Positions 45,968 to 54,830 of a DNA stretch of 59,962 bases are shown here, piece after piece. How positions within the stretch are numbered: the first letter of the stretch is position 1; each line of letters begins with the position of its first letter. A program made the translations under genes and the position numbers. The DNA lies in the IMG/VR virus record IMGVR_UViG_3300044796_000261, positions 1 through 59,962 of that record. One strand, given 5' to 3'. A model generated the notes under the pieces. That model worked only from the letters and a program-made list of their open reading frames with translations. It ran no database searches and was not told where the DNA came from. The stretch comes from a virus. Taxonomy: Duplodnaviria; Caudoviricetes.

Positions 45968-47508
45968 GTCTTCTTGCTCCCGTCCTCCGCTCCGCCCTCG
46001 GGCGTCGGCTTCTCCGTGTCGTCGGTGTTCTCCTGGTCGCCTCCCACGTCGTTCGCTGGACCCTCCGCTCCGCCCTTGCCGACTGGCGCAACGAACCGAA
46101 AATCGGGCAACGCATCCAGGTTGAATTTCTTCTGCGCGAACGACCGAACCTGCTCCGCGTCCTTGAACTCGATGCCGCCCTGTCTAAGCACCTGAATGGC
46201 CTTGCCGAACTCGGAGAACTGTTTGGCGTTCGCCTCGTAATCCTCGCGCGGCGTGGTGTCGAAATAAGTGGTAGGCGCCAAATCCGAATCGCCAAAGTTG
46301 AAGAACGCGAACGGTCTGGCGAAGTCGCGGTAGATTGTCGTGCGCCAGCTCGCGTTGTCGCTCGCGATGGCCTGCTGACGGACATCCATGTGAGCCTTCG
46401 TGGCCGCGAAGCTGCCCCCGCTCACCTCGGTCGTGAGGTTCTGAAAGAGGATGGCCAGGACGATGGCCATGTCGCAATGGTCGCGGAGCCCGGGGAACGC
46501 TTGCCAGCTCTGCGAATTGGCCTCGACAAGCTCGTATCCGTAGCCGGTGTCTTTCGACTCCTTGTCGACGCCGCGCGGGACCATGAGCACGGGCTCGCTC
46601 CCAAGGTTTGCGACCTTGCTGAAGAACCCGGATGTCTTGCTATCCGGGTCCCCGACCGCAGGCACGTAGGCGAGGCGCGTCGGCAGCCCGTGGACCTCGC
46701 TGAAGCGGGCCCAGTCGCGGATGGCCCAATGCCGAATCAGCCACGGCTCAGCGACAGCGCGCAGAGCGCCGCGAACCCACCCGCGATAGGCGCCGTACGG
46801 CGTGTGCTCGTACCACTTGCCGTCACCGGGGAATATTGGGATGTTTCCGTCCTGCGAGATGGCCACATATCTGCGCGTGACCCACTCGTAAAACTCGTAA
46901 CGCGGATGCCATGGCCTGGCGTACGGAAGCCAGAGTTTGCCGCTCGTGTCCCAAAGGATTTGGCCGTGACCAAACCCCATAAAGATCGAATAGACGGCCG
47001 TCTCAGGTATGGCGTAGCTCGCCATGAGCTGCGGGAAGTGAGCGATCCACGCGTCGTGAACCTCTTTCGCCGCGTCGCTGTCGTTCGCCGGCTCACTCCG
47101 AATCTCGCGACCGAAGAGCCCTGACAGTCGAGACCCGAGCGTCGATTGCACCCTGTCGTCCCCGAGCATCGAATCCATGAGCTGACCGGACAGTTCGAAG
47201 ATGCCGGACATGTGCGACCAGAGCGCGTGCCGCACCTCTGGCACGGTCCACGTGTTCTGGATGGTGACAAGCGGTACGTCCCGGTAGTTCGCGACGCGCG
47301 CTCGCTCCGAGGCTCCGGCGTCCTTCAGCGCATCGCGCGGCGACTGGAACGCTGGATCGTCAAGGGTGGGGAACCCTGTACCTACTCGGTGCTCAATCTC
47401 GGGTCGCACTCGACCAGGCGGGATTGGCGCACCAACCCACTTCGAGTCCCACGGGCTACCGGCGGGGGGTCCCCGATCGCGCCCGTCTCCGGTGCCGGGG
47501 ACGCCCAC
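45964..47508 (-). CDS. Portal protein (DUF935 / Mu gp29-like)
   Basis: D..VQS.L..R, W..FSEVHGLP, ILFQNLTTE..GGS.A...H..VR. Confidence 0.88.
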   Translation of the reverse strand: MGVPGTGDGRDRGPPAGSPWDSKWVGAPIPPGRVRPEIEHRVGTGFPTLDDPAFQSPRDALKDAGASERARVANYRDVPLVTIQNTWTVPEVRHALWSHMSGIFELSGQLMDSMLGDDRVQSTLGSRLSGLFGREIRSEPANDSDAAKEVHDAWIAHFPQLMASYAIPETAVYSIFMGFGHGQILWDTSGKLWLPYARPWHPRYEFYEWVTRRYVAISQDGNIPIFPGDGKWYEHTPYGAYRGWVRGALRAVAEPWLIRHWAIRDWARFSEVHGLPTRLAYVPAVGDPDSKTSGFFSKVANLGSEPVLMVPRGVDKESKDTGYGYELVEANSQSWQAFPGLRDHCDMAIVLAILFQNLTTEVSGGSFAATKAHMDVRQQAIASDNASWRTTIYRDFARPFAFFNFGDSDLAPTTYFDTTPREDYEANAKQFSEFGKAIQVLRQGGIEFKDAEQVRSFAQKKFNLDALPDFRFVAPVGKGGAEGPANDVGGDQENTDDTEKPTPEGGAEDGSKKT

Positions 47509-47525
47509 TAGTCAGCCGACGGCCC

Positions 47526-48113
47526 TTAGGCCGCCGCCTTCTCGCGTACCCTAATCGGCTCGAGGGTGCGAATGTCCTGGCTTACGTACGTCTTGAGATC
47601 TTTCTGCCAGAAGGTCTGCGCTTGCCAGAGCCGGAACTTCGGGTTGATGTTGCGCGAGTTGGGGAGGTAGACCTCCTGGCGCTCCGCCAGAACGAAGCGG
47701 CCAGACGCGTCGACCGTTCCGGGCTTGCTTCCCGACTCGAGGGCAGAAACGAACTCGGGCTCCTTGTAGTCCTCGAGTCTCACCACCGTCCCGAACTTCT
47801 CTCCCAACCGAGTAGCCACGACGGCCGTGAACGTTGCCCCTATCACGCTGCGGCACGGGACCCGCTCGAGCTTGTGCGGCGTTCGGTCCGCGACGGGGCG
47901 CGCGGTCGCGCGCGCGTAGTGCTCTTCGAGCATCGTGACCGCCTCCTCGGGGTTGATCGGGAGGTCTCCAGGGCCAAGCTTCGCGGGGGCCTGGACCGTG
48001 GGTTGGGGGAGCGCCTGCACGGCGGAGACCGCAGCGCGCGCGCCGGCCTCACTGGCGGCGGAAAGCGCCTGCTGGAACTGCTCCTCTGTCATCTGGATGT
48101 TGCCCATGGGCAT
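47526..48113 (-). CDS. Hypothetical protein
   Basis: 195-aa ORF preceded by TTGACA-N18-CAGACT. Confidence 0.6.
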   Translation of the reverse strand: MPMGNIQMTEEQFQQALSAASEAGARAAVSAVQALPQPTVQAPAKLGPGDLPINPEEAVTMLEEHYARATARPVADRTPHKLERVPCRSVIGATFTAVVATRLGEKFGTVVRLEDYKEPEFVSALESGSKPGTVDASGRFVLAERQEVYLPNSRNINPKFRLWQAQTFWQKDLKTYVSQDIRTLEPIRVREKAAA

Positions 48114-48352
48114 GAGTCTGCCCCGGGAACCCCAGGTGTGTCAAGAAAGACCCGGGTACGGAATGACCTACCTAGGGATGGCCACAACCGAGCACGCCTC
48201 GCCGAGCTCTCGAGCTGGGGCGAATTCGATGGTCACGTGCATCCGGGTCATGACCCCGTCCGGCCCTGAGCTCATGAGAAGCCGCACGCTGGGCTTCTCC
48301 TGCCCGGTGAGCATGCGCGCGACGGTCTCCGCGATGGCGCTCTCGATCTCGG

Positions 48353-48649
48353 TCATGGCGGCGTGAAGGCCAGCGGGTTGACCAGGAATCCCGTGGGCGT
48401 GATGCCGTTGCTCGACGGTAGCGCACCCGTAGCGTACCAATAGCCTACCCATGGGCCAGACGCAGCGGTGAGCGGCAGTACGATGTCCGCGTGAAAGTTC
48501 CCCGTCGAATCCTGCACCACGGCCCCCGATAGCTGAGTCCCGTCGGGGCCTTGGACGATGGCAGTCAACGAGTCGGGGTTGGCCAGGACGCCAAGCACGG
48601 ATGCGACAACCGACAGGCGCACACTTTGGCCAGGGTTGTAGGTGTTCAC
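48353..48649 (-). CDS. Ig-like/BppU-like small structural protein
   Basis: G..VRL, P.G, DSTG.FHAD, G.W...W.ATG. Confidence 0.55.
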   Translation of the reverse strand: MNTYNPGQSVRLSVVASVLGVLANPDSLTAIVQGPDGTQLSGAVVQDSTGNFHADIVLPLTAASGPWVGYWYATGALPSSNGITPTGFLVNPLAFTPP

Positions 48650-48650
48650 G

Positions 48651-49224
48651 TCAGCACTCCGACGAGCTTAGCACGAGCAGCGGGGCATCCGTGGCGCTGA
48701 GTTCGGCGAGTATCGCGTCGGACGGGGTCAGCGTAAGCAGCACGGCCTGCGATGGCTCCAGCGCGAGCAGCGCCGCGCTCGAGCCGGACAGGCCGAGCAA
48801 GGCCGACTGCGAGGCCTTGAGGCAGAGGGGCCCAAGCGCGACGCCTCCGGAAACCGTCCCTTCGGCCGCCTGCACGAGACCACCAAGGCTTTGGCCGATG
48901 GTCCCGGTGACCGTGGTGCTCGAGTTCCCCGTGGCTGCCTGCCGCAGGCCAGCTGACGTTGGGCGTACCCGCGTTGCAATTTGTGCATGCGTAAATCGCC
49001 TGCGTCTGATTCGAACTGGCGTTGTGCGTGGGCCCGGAGACCAGGACGTATGTGTTGCCTGCAATCCCGTCGCTAACGCCAGTGATAGAGCCTGACCCGC
49101 GAAAGGAAATCGTCGCGATGATCGTGTCTCCGGCAGCGACAGCCGACGCGAAAGCGCCGGACGTCTGAGGAGACGTCGATCCGCCAGTGGAGCTTTTGCC
49201 CTTGACGTGAGTAAACGTCGCCAT
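48651..49224 (-). pseudogene. Frame-disrupted Ser/Thr-rich virion decoration gene
   Basis: Protein-like N-half in the frame of 48646-49224 and protein-like C-half in the frame of 48651-49064; the switch is near 48950. Confidence 0.5.
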
Positions 49225-49242
49225 GGGCGGGGAGCCCTTGGC

Positions 49243-49653
49243 TTACTGGGCCACCGGCATCGACACGGTCCACGCCGTGACAGCGACGGTCGCGCCGGAC
49301 ACGATCGATGTCGTGTTCAGATCCATGTCTGCCCCCGACGTCCCGCACGAGCCATCTAGGACCGCAGTGGTGCCGTCGGATTTGTAGCAACGAAACCATG
49401 TAGCGGTCCCGGTGTTGCCAGCCGTCCCGCTCGTGACCGCATTCGCCGTCTTGGTGCCAGAGCTTGCCGCGCCGAACGCAGTAGCGTTGATTCCGAGCGT
49501 AGCGAGCAGAGTATTACCGCTCAGCGCCGTGTCGGGCGTCGCTGGCTGCGTGCCAGTGTAAATCTCGATGAATCCGCTTGCGAGCGGGGTATCGAGCGCG
49601 GCGTTGAGCGCCAGGTTCCACGAAGCGATAGACAGGTGCGTGTTGGTGGCCAC
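49243..49653 (-). CDS. Virion structural protein (Thr/Ala-rich)
   Basis: IYTGTQPA.PD, LLATL, GTATWFR, DGSCG.SGAD..LNT.SI. Confidence 0.7.
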   Translation of the reverse strand: MATNTHLSIASWNLALNAALDTPLASGFIEIYTGTQPATPDTALSGNTLLATLGINATAFGAASSGTKTANAVTSGTAGNTGTATWFRCYKSDGTTAVLDGSCGTSGADMDLNTTSIVSGATVAVTAWTVSMPVAQ

Positions 49654-49662
49654 GTACCGACC

Positions 49663-50088
49663 TTACCAGCCCCATGGCCTGACGGCCAGTACGTACGCCG
49701 CCGCCGCGTCCAGCCACTCGGCCTCCTGCCTCCGCGCTGCGGCGAGTCTCGTCCCGCGGTCGCACCGGCCAGAGCTCAGGGCGGAGAGCCCGTCGTCATG
49801 GCACTGGGCGCCAGCGGCGTGCTTGATGCTGAGCCATGTCCCGACGCTGCCGACAGGGTCGCGCTCGAGGTCCGGTCGGTCCCGTATCTGGAGCCATCCG
49901 TAGGCACGACCGTCCCATCGGTGACCGGCGAGGGCGCGGCCGAAGTCGGACTCGTGGGACATCCACACAAGAACCTCGACCGCCTCTACCTCGGACGTCG
50001 CACGTCTCTCGATGGTGTCGAGCGGGGTAGTAGCCGGAGCGTCGAGCCAGAAGGCCACGAGGGCGAGGAGGGCATGCATGGGCCGCAA
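49663..50088 (-). CDS. Lytic transglycosylase / lysozyme-fold protein with N-terminal hydrophobic segment
   Basis: HESDFG (catalytic E-S) and AYGWLQI motifs. Confidence 0.6.
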   Translation of the reverse strand: MRPMHALLALVAFWLDAPATTPLDTIERRATSEVEAVEVLVWMSHESDFGRALAGHRWDGRAYGWLQIRDRPDLERDPVGSVGTWLSIKHAAGAQCHDDGLSALSSGRCDRGTRLAAARRQEAEWLDAAAAYVLAVRPWGW

Positions 50089-50180
50089 CGGTAGCCACTG
50101 GGCTACGGATGGGCAAGGCGCGCAAACGGTTGAGTGTAGAAGCCCCAGGTTTCGATACGTGCTGAGGCGCCACGGTCAGC

Positions 50181-50420
50181 TCAGTCGAGGGCCAGGGAGA
50201 CCGTCTGCACACGCAGAACGCCATCAGCCGCCTGTTCGGGTGTCACGCCCATGTCGTCCAGTCTACGAAAGATGTCCTCAACTGGGTCAATCGCGGCCAG
50301 TGTGGCTCTGATTGCCTCCCGTACTTCCGCGGTACCGAACGACCCGTCCTCTTGCGACAGTTGCTCATGCCATGCCCGCATGGCGGCAATTGCCATCGAA
50401 AGCTTCACCTTGTCAGTCAT
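50181..50420 (-). CDS. Hypothetical protein
   Basis: 79-aa ORF with RBS GAGG. Confidence 0.45.
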   Translation of the reverse strand: MTDKVKLSMAIAAMRAWHEQLSQEDGSFGTAEVREAIRATLAAIDPVEDIFRRLDDMGVTPEQAADGVLRVQTVSLALD

Positions 50421-50457
50421 CGCCTCTGTCTCCTATCCGGTCAAGCGCGCAAGGGAG

Positions 50458-50679
50458 CTAGCCCACCTTCGCGGTTCTCGCGTTGCGTATCAGTTGTTCC
50501 ACCGCGCCGCTCCGGGTCTGCCCGCGCTCGGCCGAGATGGCGTCCAAGCGGGACAGTGCCTCGGGACTGAGCGTCAACGTCACCATGGGGCGCGTGCGCT
50601 TGGCGTTGGGGGTCGTGGCGGTGCCGGAGCGGGACGGCGCCGGCTTCGAGGTCGCCACTAGGGGGCGCTTGCGGGTCAC
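50458..50679 (-). CDS. CopG-like ribbon-helix-helix protein
   Basis: VTLTLSPEALSRLDAISAERGQTRSGAVEQLI. Confidence 0.75.
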   Translation of the reverse strand: MTRKRPLVATSKPAPSRSGTATTPNAKRTRPMVTLTLSPEALSRLDAISAERGQTRSGAVEQLIRNARTAKVG

Positions 50680-50864
50680 TCGGCCCCCTCGGTAGCCTCG
50701 GTAGCCTCGGCCCAAATCCGCCGCACATCCTCCGCCGTCCCCTCGCCGTCGCGGATGGCCTGCTCACACACGGTGTACAGCGTGCCCGTACCGTCCTCGA
50801 TGCCGCTCGCATCGACCAGTGCCCGTACCGCCGTGGGAGAAACCTCGGTGCTGTCGTTGTTCAT
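50676..50864 (-). CDS. Small acidic hypothetical protein
   Basis: Starts 6 nt after a strong -10 box; GTGA-coupled to the RHH gene. Confidence 0.55.
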   Translation of the reverse strand: MNNDSTEVSPTAVRALVDASGIEDGTGTLYTVCEQAIRDGEGTAEDVRRIWAEATEATEGAE

Positions 50865-50870
50865 GGGTAG

Positions 50871-50899
50871 ACTATACGTGCTCAGTACGTACAGCGCAA
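50871..50899 (-). promoter_or_regulatory. Sigma70-like promoter, probably leaderless transcript
   Basis: TTGCGC-N17-TATAGT-CTACCC-ATG. Confidence 0.6.
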
Positions 50900-51398
50900 G
50901 TGGTAATCGTACGGGGCGCGTCGCTTTTCTTCGGGGCGCGTAAGTCCGAGAAACGGCAGGTGCAGCGTCGGTAGCCTCGTGCCGCCTGATGTGGGGCAGC
51001 CTACGCCGCCTGAGGACGTGACGTAGAGCCTCGCGCTCAGATGGGTGAGTCTAACGACCGAAGCCAAAGCACGCGGCCAGGTGTCGGAGACATACCCAGA
51101 TTCCGCCTCCGACCGGGTGTTTGCCGACCTCTGCACAAAAGTAACAGCGGTGCTCTTTGGTGCTCATTGGGTCTCCTTTGGCCAAGCGCGCATATCGATG
51201 ACTCTAAATCCCGAGCCTTCGTCGGATACCGGGCGGCTGCTTCTCTTGGTCGAGAAGGTTACGACGCCACCATGCACGCTCCGCCTGTTCACCACAAAGG
51301 CCCCCAAGGCAGAACGCCAGGATGACGGCCAATGCTGCGAGTGCTCCGATGATGGGCATCATGTCCTCCGGCAAGCGCGCATTAGGTTGAGTCTACCG

Positions 51399-52154
51399 CT
51401 ACGGCTTTCCCGCCGTCTTGGGTCGGGGCATCTCGCACTCGCCGACAAGCCCCTCGCGCGTCCCTCGAAACACGGTGCTCCCGATGTGGCCGACTGGGCT
51501 ACCTTCGCCCACGTACATCATCACGCGCCCTCCGATGGCGCGCCACGAACGGCAGAAGGAATAGTCCTCGCTTAGAAGCGTGCGCCACGGCGCGCCGTCC
51601 GCTCCCTGCGTCTGGTCCGTCCACGTGAGGCCGAACATGTTGACGGTCTCGGTGTGCGTGGTCTTGCCTTCGCGCGTCTGCACGTCGAAATACCACCGCT
51701 CTTGGTGGTAAGCGTCCCACATGCGCTGCATGCATGCGCGCGACGTGAGCATGAACCCGAACGCAAGCGCCTCTACCTCGATGCAGCCGTTCGCGACTTC
51801 TTGCCCGATTACGGGACCGTACGGGTAGGTCTTCTCGTCCTGCTTGCGGCGGTACGGAGCGCCCACGCAGTCTTGGCCGGTCTCGAGCATGCGATTGATG
51901 ATGCCGAGGTCATGAGGCAGGCAATCTTCGTCCCACCAAAGCAGCGCCGTGCAGTCCGTCTCGTGCAAAAACACGCGCGCCAGCCGGTCGCGCGCGCGCA
52001 CCACGTCCACGTTGCCAGTGATTAGCGTAGGCGAGTCGTCGAGGCGAACAACGTTGCCGAGCTTCCGAATAGCGAGCTGCACGCCGTAGTGCACGCGGGC
52101 GGTCTCTGGCGGGCCCTCGACCGGCATCGCGATGGCGAGCTTGATGGCGGTCAC
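51399..52154 (-). CDS. GT-A fold glycosyltransferase-like protein
   Basis: RARD.L...FL, LLWWDED, GFML..R, LSEDYSFC..WR.IGG, GHIG. Confidence 0.8.
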   Translation of the reverse strand: MTAIKLAIAMPVEGPPETARVHYGVQLAIRKLGNVVRLDDSPTLITGNVDVVRARDRLARVFLHETDCTALLWWDEDCLPHDLGIINRMLETGQDCVGAPYRRKQDEKTYPYGPVIGQEVANGCIEVEALAFGFMLTSRACMQRMWDAYHQERWYFDVQTREGKTTHTETVNMFGLTWTDQTQGADGAPWRTLLSEDYSFCRSWRAIGGRVMMYVGEGSPVGHIGSTVFRGTREGLVGECEMPRPKTAGKP

Positions 52155-52525
52155 GACGCCTCCGCGATGCGCGTGCGCGAGGCGTCTCGGCTGGCATGGT
52201 CAGGGAAGCCAGATATGGTCAGCGCCGCGTCGACCCTGCATTCGACGTGTTTCTCGTAGCTCCACTTCCCGCAGTCGGCGCAGCGTCCTTCGTTGCCCCA
52301 CTCCGCGATGAGCAGCGCCCGCACGAGCGCCGGTGCCGCGCAAGCCAGGCGCGTCCTGTCGTCGTCTTGGAAGCGGCCAAGAACGGTGCAGCATCCAGCG
52401 ATGTTCGCCTCCGGATCCGGTCCGGTCGTGAGGCAAATGCACGGATGCAACACCTCTGTCCCGTCATCGCTCTTCTCTACGAGATTCGCCGCAAGCTCCC
52501 ACGTCTCCATGTACTCCTCGCTCAC
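52151..52525 (-). CDS. Hypothetical protein
   Basis: RL.A.AP.L..AL phage motif plus CADC..H..C. Confidence 0.55.
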   Translation of the reverse strand: MSEEYMETWELAANLVEKSDDGTEVLHPCICLTTGPDPEANIAGCCTVLGRFQDDDRTRLACAAPALVRALLIAEWGNEGRCADCGKWSYEKHVECRVDAALTISGFPDHASRDASRTRIAEAS

Positions 52526-52694
52526 GACGGCTCATCCTCCGCCATCTGCGCCAGCTTGTTCAGAAACCCGCCGAGCCCCGGATCTTCGCGGTAGGCCAGG
52601 TCGCTGGCGCACTTCGGAGAACACGTGCGGGCGGTGTCGTCCTGGTACCGGCGCCGCTGGACGGGCTTGGGGCACACGGCGCAGTCGCGGAGCT

Positions 52695-53099
52695 TCATGA
52701 CTCGATGACCCCTTGCAGCTCCTCTTGAGCGACCACCACGATCTCATCCGCCCCAAGCGCGTACGTCCTGAGCTTCTGGGCGGCCGCCCCGTACGTGTAC
52801 ACGACGACGTCCCCGACTTCGATGTCCCACGGCACTTCCGGGCCAAGGTCGCCCATGCGCGCTGGGGGGCCGAACGCCAAGACGGTCCCCTTGTGGATGG
52901 TCACTTCTCGCTCGGCGTGCTCGCGGAAGATGCGCGCGTCCGGGATGACGATGCCGCCAGCGGTCGTGTGCTCGCGAACCTCGGACGAGTCTCGGCGGAC
53001 TACGCAGCGGCCACGAAGCCAGCGCACGCTCGCGAGCAGGTCCGACGTCGCGGTGCCGGCGTGGCCGTAGGGGGAGTAGTCGGTCACTACGTCGCTCAT
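52695..53099 (-). CDS. groES: Co-chaperonin GroES-like protein
   Basis: TTAGGIVIPD mobile loop, GTVLAFGP, EVGDVVVY, EELQGVIE. Confidence 0.85.
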   Translation of the reverse strand: MSDVVTDYSPYGHAGTATSDLLASVRWLRGRCVVRRDSSEVREHTTAGGIVIPDARIFREHAEREVTIHKGTVLAFGPPARMGDLGPEVPWDIEVGDVVVYTYGAAAQKLRTYALGADEIVVVAQEELQGVIES

Positions 53100-53527
53100 C
53101 CCCGCACCTTCGGCATCTCCCGCACCACGCTGATGCCCGACGCCGCCGCCTTCGCCTTCGAGAGCATGTCCTCGCCCACGTCGATGGCCTTCCGCAGCTC
53201 GGATTGCTCGGCGCGCGAGAGCGTCTCGCACGGAATGACGAGCGCGCCATCCGGAAGCTCGACCTCCGTGATCGACAGGAGGAAGAGAGGGAATGCCATG
53301 CGCACGGGCCCAGCGTTGCCGCGTCCGTCCTGCGCCATGGCGGTTTTGAGCTCGAAGACGGGGCCAAGCGTGCGGATTGCTGCGCCGGTGTCGTCCCTGT
53401 ACATCGTCGTCCTGCGCCCTATCAGCGCCAGCCCGTTCGTCAGCGCGATGACCCACCCGTCGAGCGTGTTTATTTCCTTGATGTCCACCATGGTCCCACC
53501 TTCCGCTCCGCGTCGTTCGTGACGCAC
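53096..53527 (-). CDS. Hypothetical protein
   Basis: ATGA-coupled to groES; start probably 53491. Confidence 0.55.
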   Translation of the reverse strand: MRHERRGAEGGTMVDIKEINTLDGWVIALTNGLALIGRRTTMYRDDTGAAIRTLGPVFELKTAMAQDGRGNAGPVRMAFPLFLLSITEVELPDGALVIPCETLSRAEQSELRKAIDVGEDMLSKAKAAASGISVVREMPKVRG

Positions 53528-53564
53528 ACGGTGAACGTGCCGTCGTGCTGCTTATCGATGCTCA

Positions 53565-54053
53565 TCAGTACGTCTCACACGTCACGCCGCCGAGCGCGTT
53601 CGGGTCGCAGTAGGTCACGTGGCGCGGCTCGGGTTGCTCCCACACGGTCGGCGCGGCCCGAGGCTTCGGAGCGCGCACGATGATCTCTGGCACCACGACG
53701 AACGAAGCCGCCGACGAAGGCGATGGTTGCGATCCATCCGGTGAAGTCGCGCCGGGCTCGCTAGGCCCGTCGACCGATACGACCGTGGGGTATGCGCTGT
53801 ACTCACGCAACTGACCCACGTATCCACCTCCCTCGTCGGCGGCTTGGTGCGCCGTCGTGCAGGCCATGAGCAAGCAAGCCGCTACCACCCAGCACACCCC
53901 ATCCACCACGGCCTGCACGACCGCAAGGCCCTCGCGGGTCATGCGGACGCCGTGCCGCTGCGCCGTCTTCACCATGGCTCCTGCAAGCGCGTCGTCCCAC
54001 GTGCAAACTGCGCGTCGGTGCGCCTCGATGTCTGCGACTACCATCACCCGCAC
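53565..54053 (-). CDS. Hypothetical (possible lipoprotein)
   Basis: Hydrophobic stretch ending LMAC. Confidence 0.4.
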   Translation of the reverse strand: MRVMVVADIEAHRRAVCTWDDALAGAMVKTAQRHGVRMTREGLAVVQAVVDGVCWVVAACLLMACTTAHQAADEGGGYVGQLREYSAYPTVVSVDGPSEPGATSPDGSQPSPSSAASFVVVPEIIVRAPKPRAAPTVWEQPEPRHVTYCDPNALGGVTCETY

Positions 54054-54223
54054 TCCTCAATACTCTGAGCCTTGTCCAACACGCCGCGTACGTACTCCGC
54101 AACCGTGATGCCCGCGAACCGAGCGCGCCGACGAATCTCGCGCGCAGACTTGGCCGAAAGCCTCACTTTGATTTGCTCGGTGAAACCTCCGCGTATCGTG
54201 GTCGGGCGGCCGGTGCGGGTCAC
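54044..54223 (-). CDS. Ribbon-helix-helix protein
   Basis: GRP, IKVRLS...IRRRA...GITVAEYVR. Confidence 0.7.
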   Translation of the reverse strand: MTRTGRPTTIRGGFTEQIKVRLSAKSAREIRRRARFAGITVAEYVRGVLDKAQSIEECG

Positions 54224-54648
54224 GGCACCGCCTCCACCGCAACCCCGCGCCGTTTCAGCTCGGGCATGATCTCCGTCAGCTTCGCGCGACACCCGGCGAA
54301 CATCGAGACCTGGCCCGCCGACAGCGCGACGCGCGGGGTGCCGGCCCAGTAGAATCGGTCGCAAGGGCGCCGCACCGGCTGGATGCTCTGCGCCATGCCG
54401 GATACAGCGGCCGTGCCGCTCGGGTTGCGCGCCAGCCACTTCGCCACCGCGCGGCCCACCGCTACGCCCTCGATGATGGCGTCGTCGCCGTCGAGCCAGC
54501 GCGAGACTTCCTCGCTCGATGCGGACCATTCGAGCTTGCCGATGAGGTCATCGGTGTGCCGGACCGGCAAGCGCATCTCGCGCGCGAGGGTCAGCGCGAA
54601 CGTGGTCTTTCCGCTCCGCGGTCCGCCTGCGATGAGGATGATGGTCAT
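54220..54648 (-). CDS. P-loop kinase-like protein
   Basis: ILIAGGPRSGKTT, HTDD, IIEGV. Confidence 0.75.
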   Translation of the reverse strand: MTIILIAGGPRSGKTTFALTLAREMRLPVRHTDDLIGKLEWSASSEEVSRWLDGDDAIIEGVAVGRAVAKWLARNPSGTAAVSGMAQSIQPVRRPCDRFYWAGTPRVALSAGQVSMFAGCRAKLTEIMPELKRRGVAVEAVP

Positions 54649-54830
54649 GACAGCCACCACGAGATTTCCGCGAGCGCCCGCTGCCACCACGGCCAACGCT
54701 CGGGAAGGTCGTTACGGTAGACCCCGCATAGCACGTACCATCGCTGTCGCCAGGTCGGCGACCGCCAAGCCATCCGGAGCGTCCACATGCTACCCACGGG
54801 ACTTATGGGTACCGCTTGCCGCCGAGCCTG

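Noticed and set aside
50900-51398. Possible structured ncRNA, tRNA or distant tracrRNA in this poorly coding gap
   Set aside because: No cloverleaf or anti-repeat seen by eye; a tRNAscan-SE/Infernal run would be needed.
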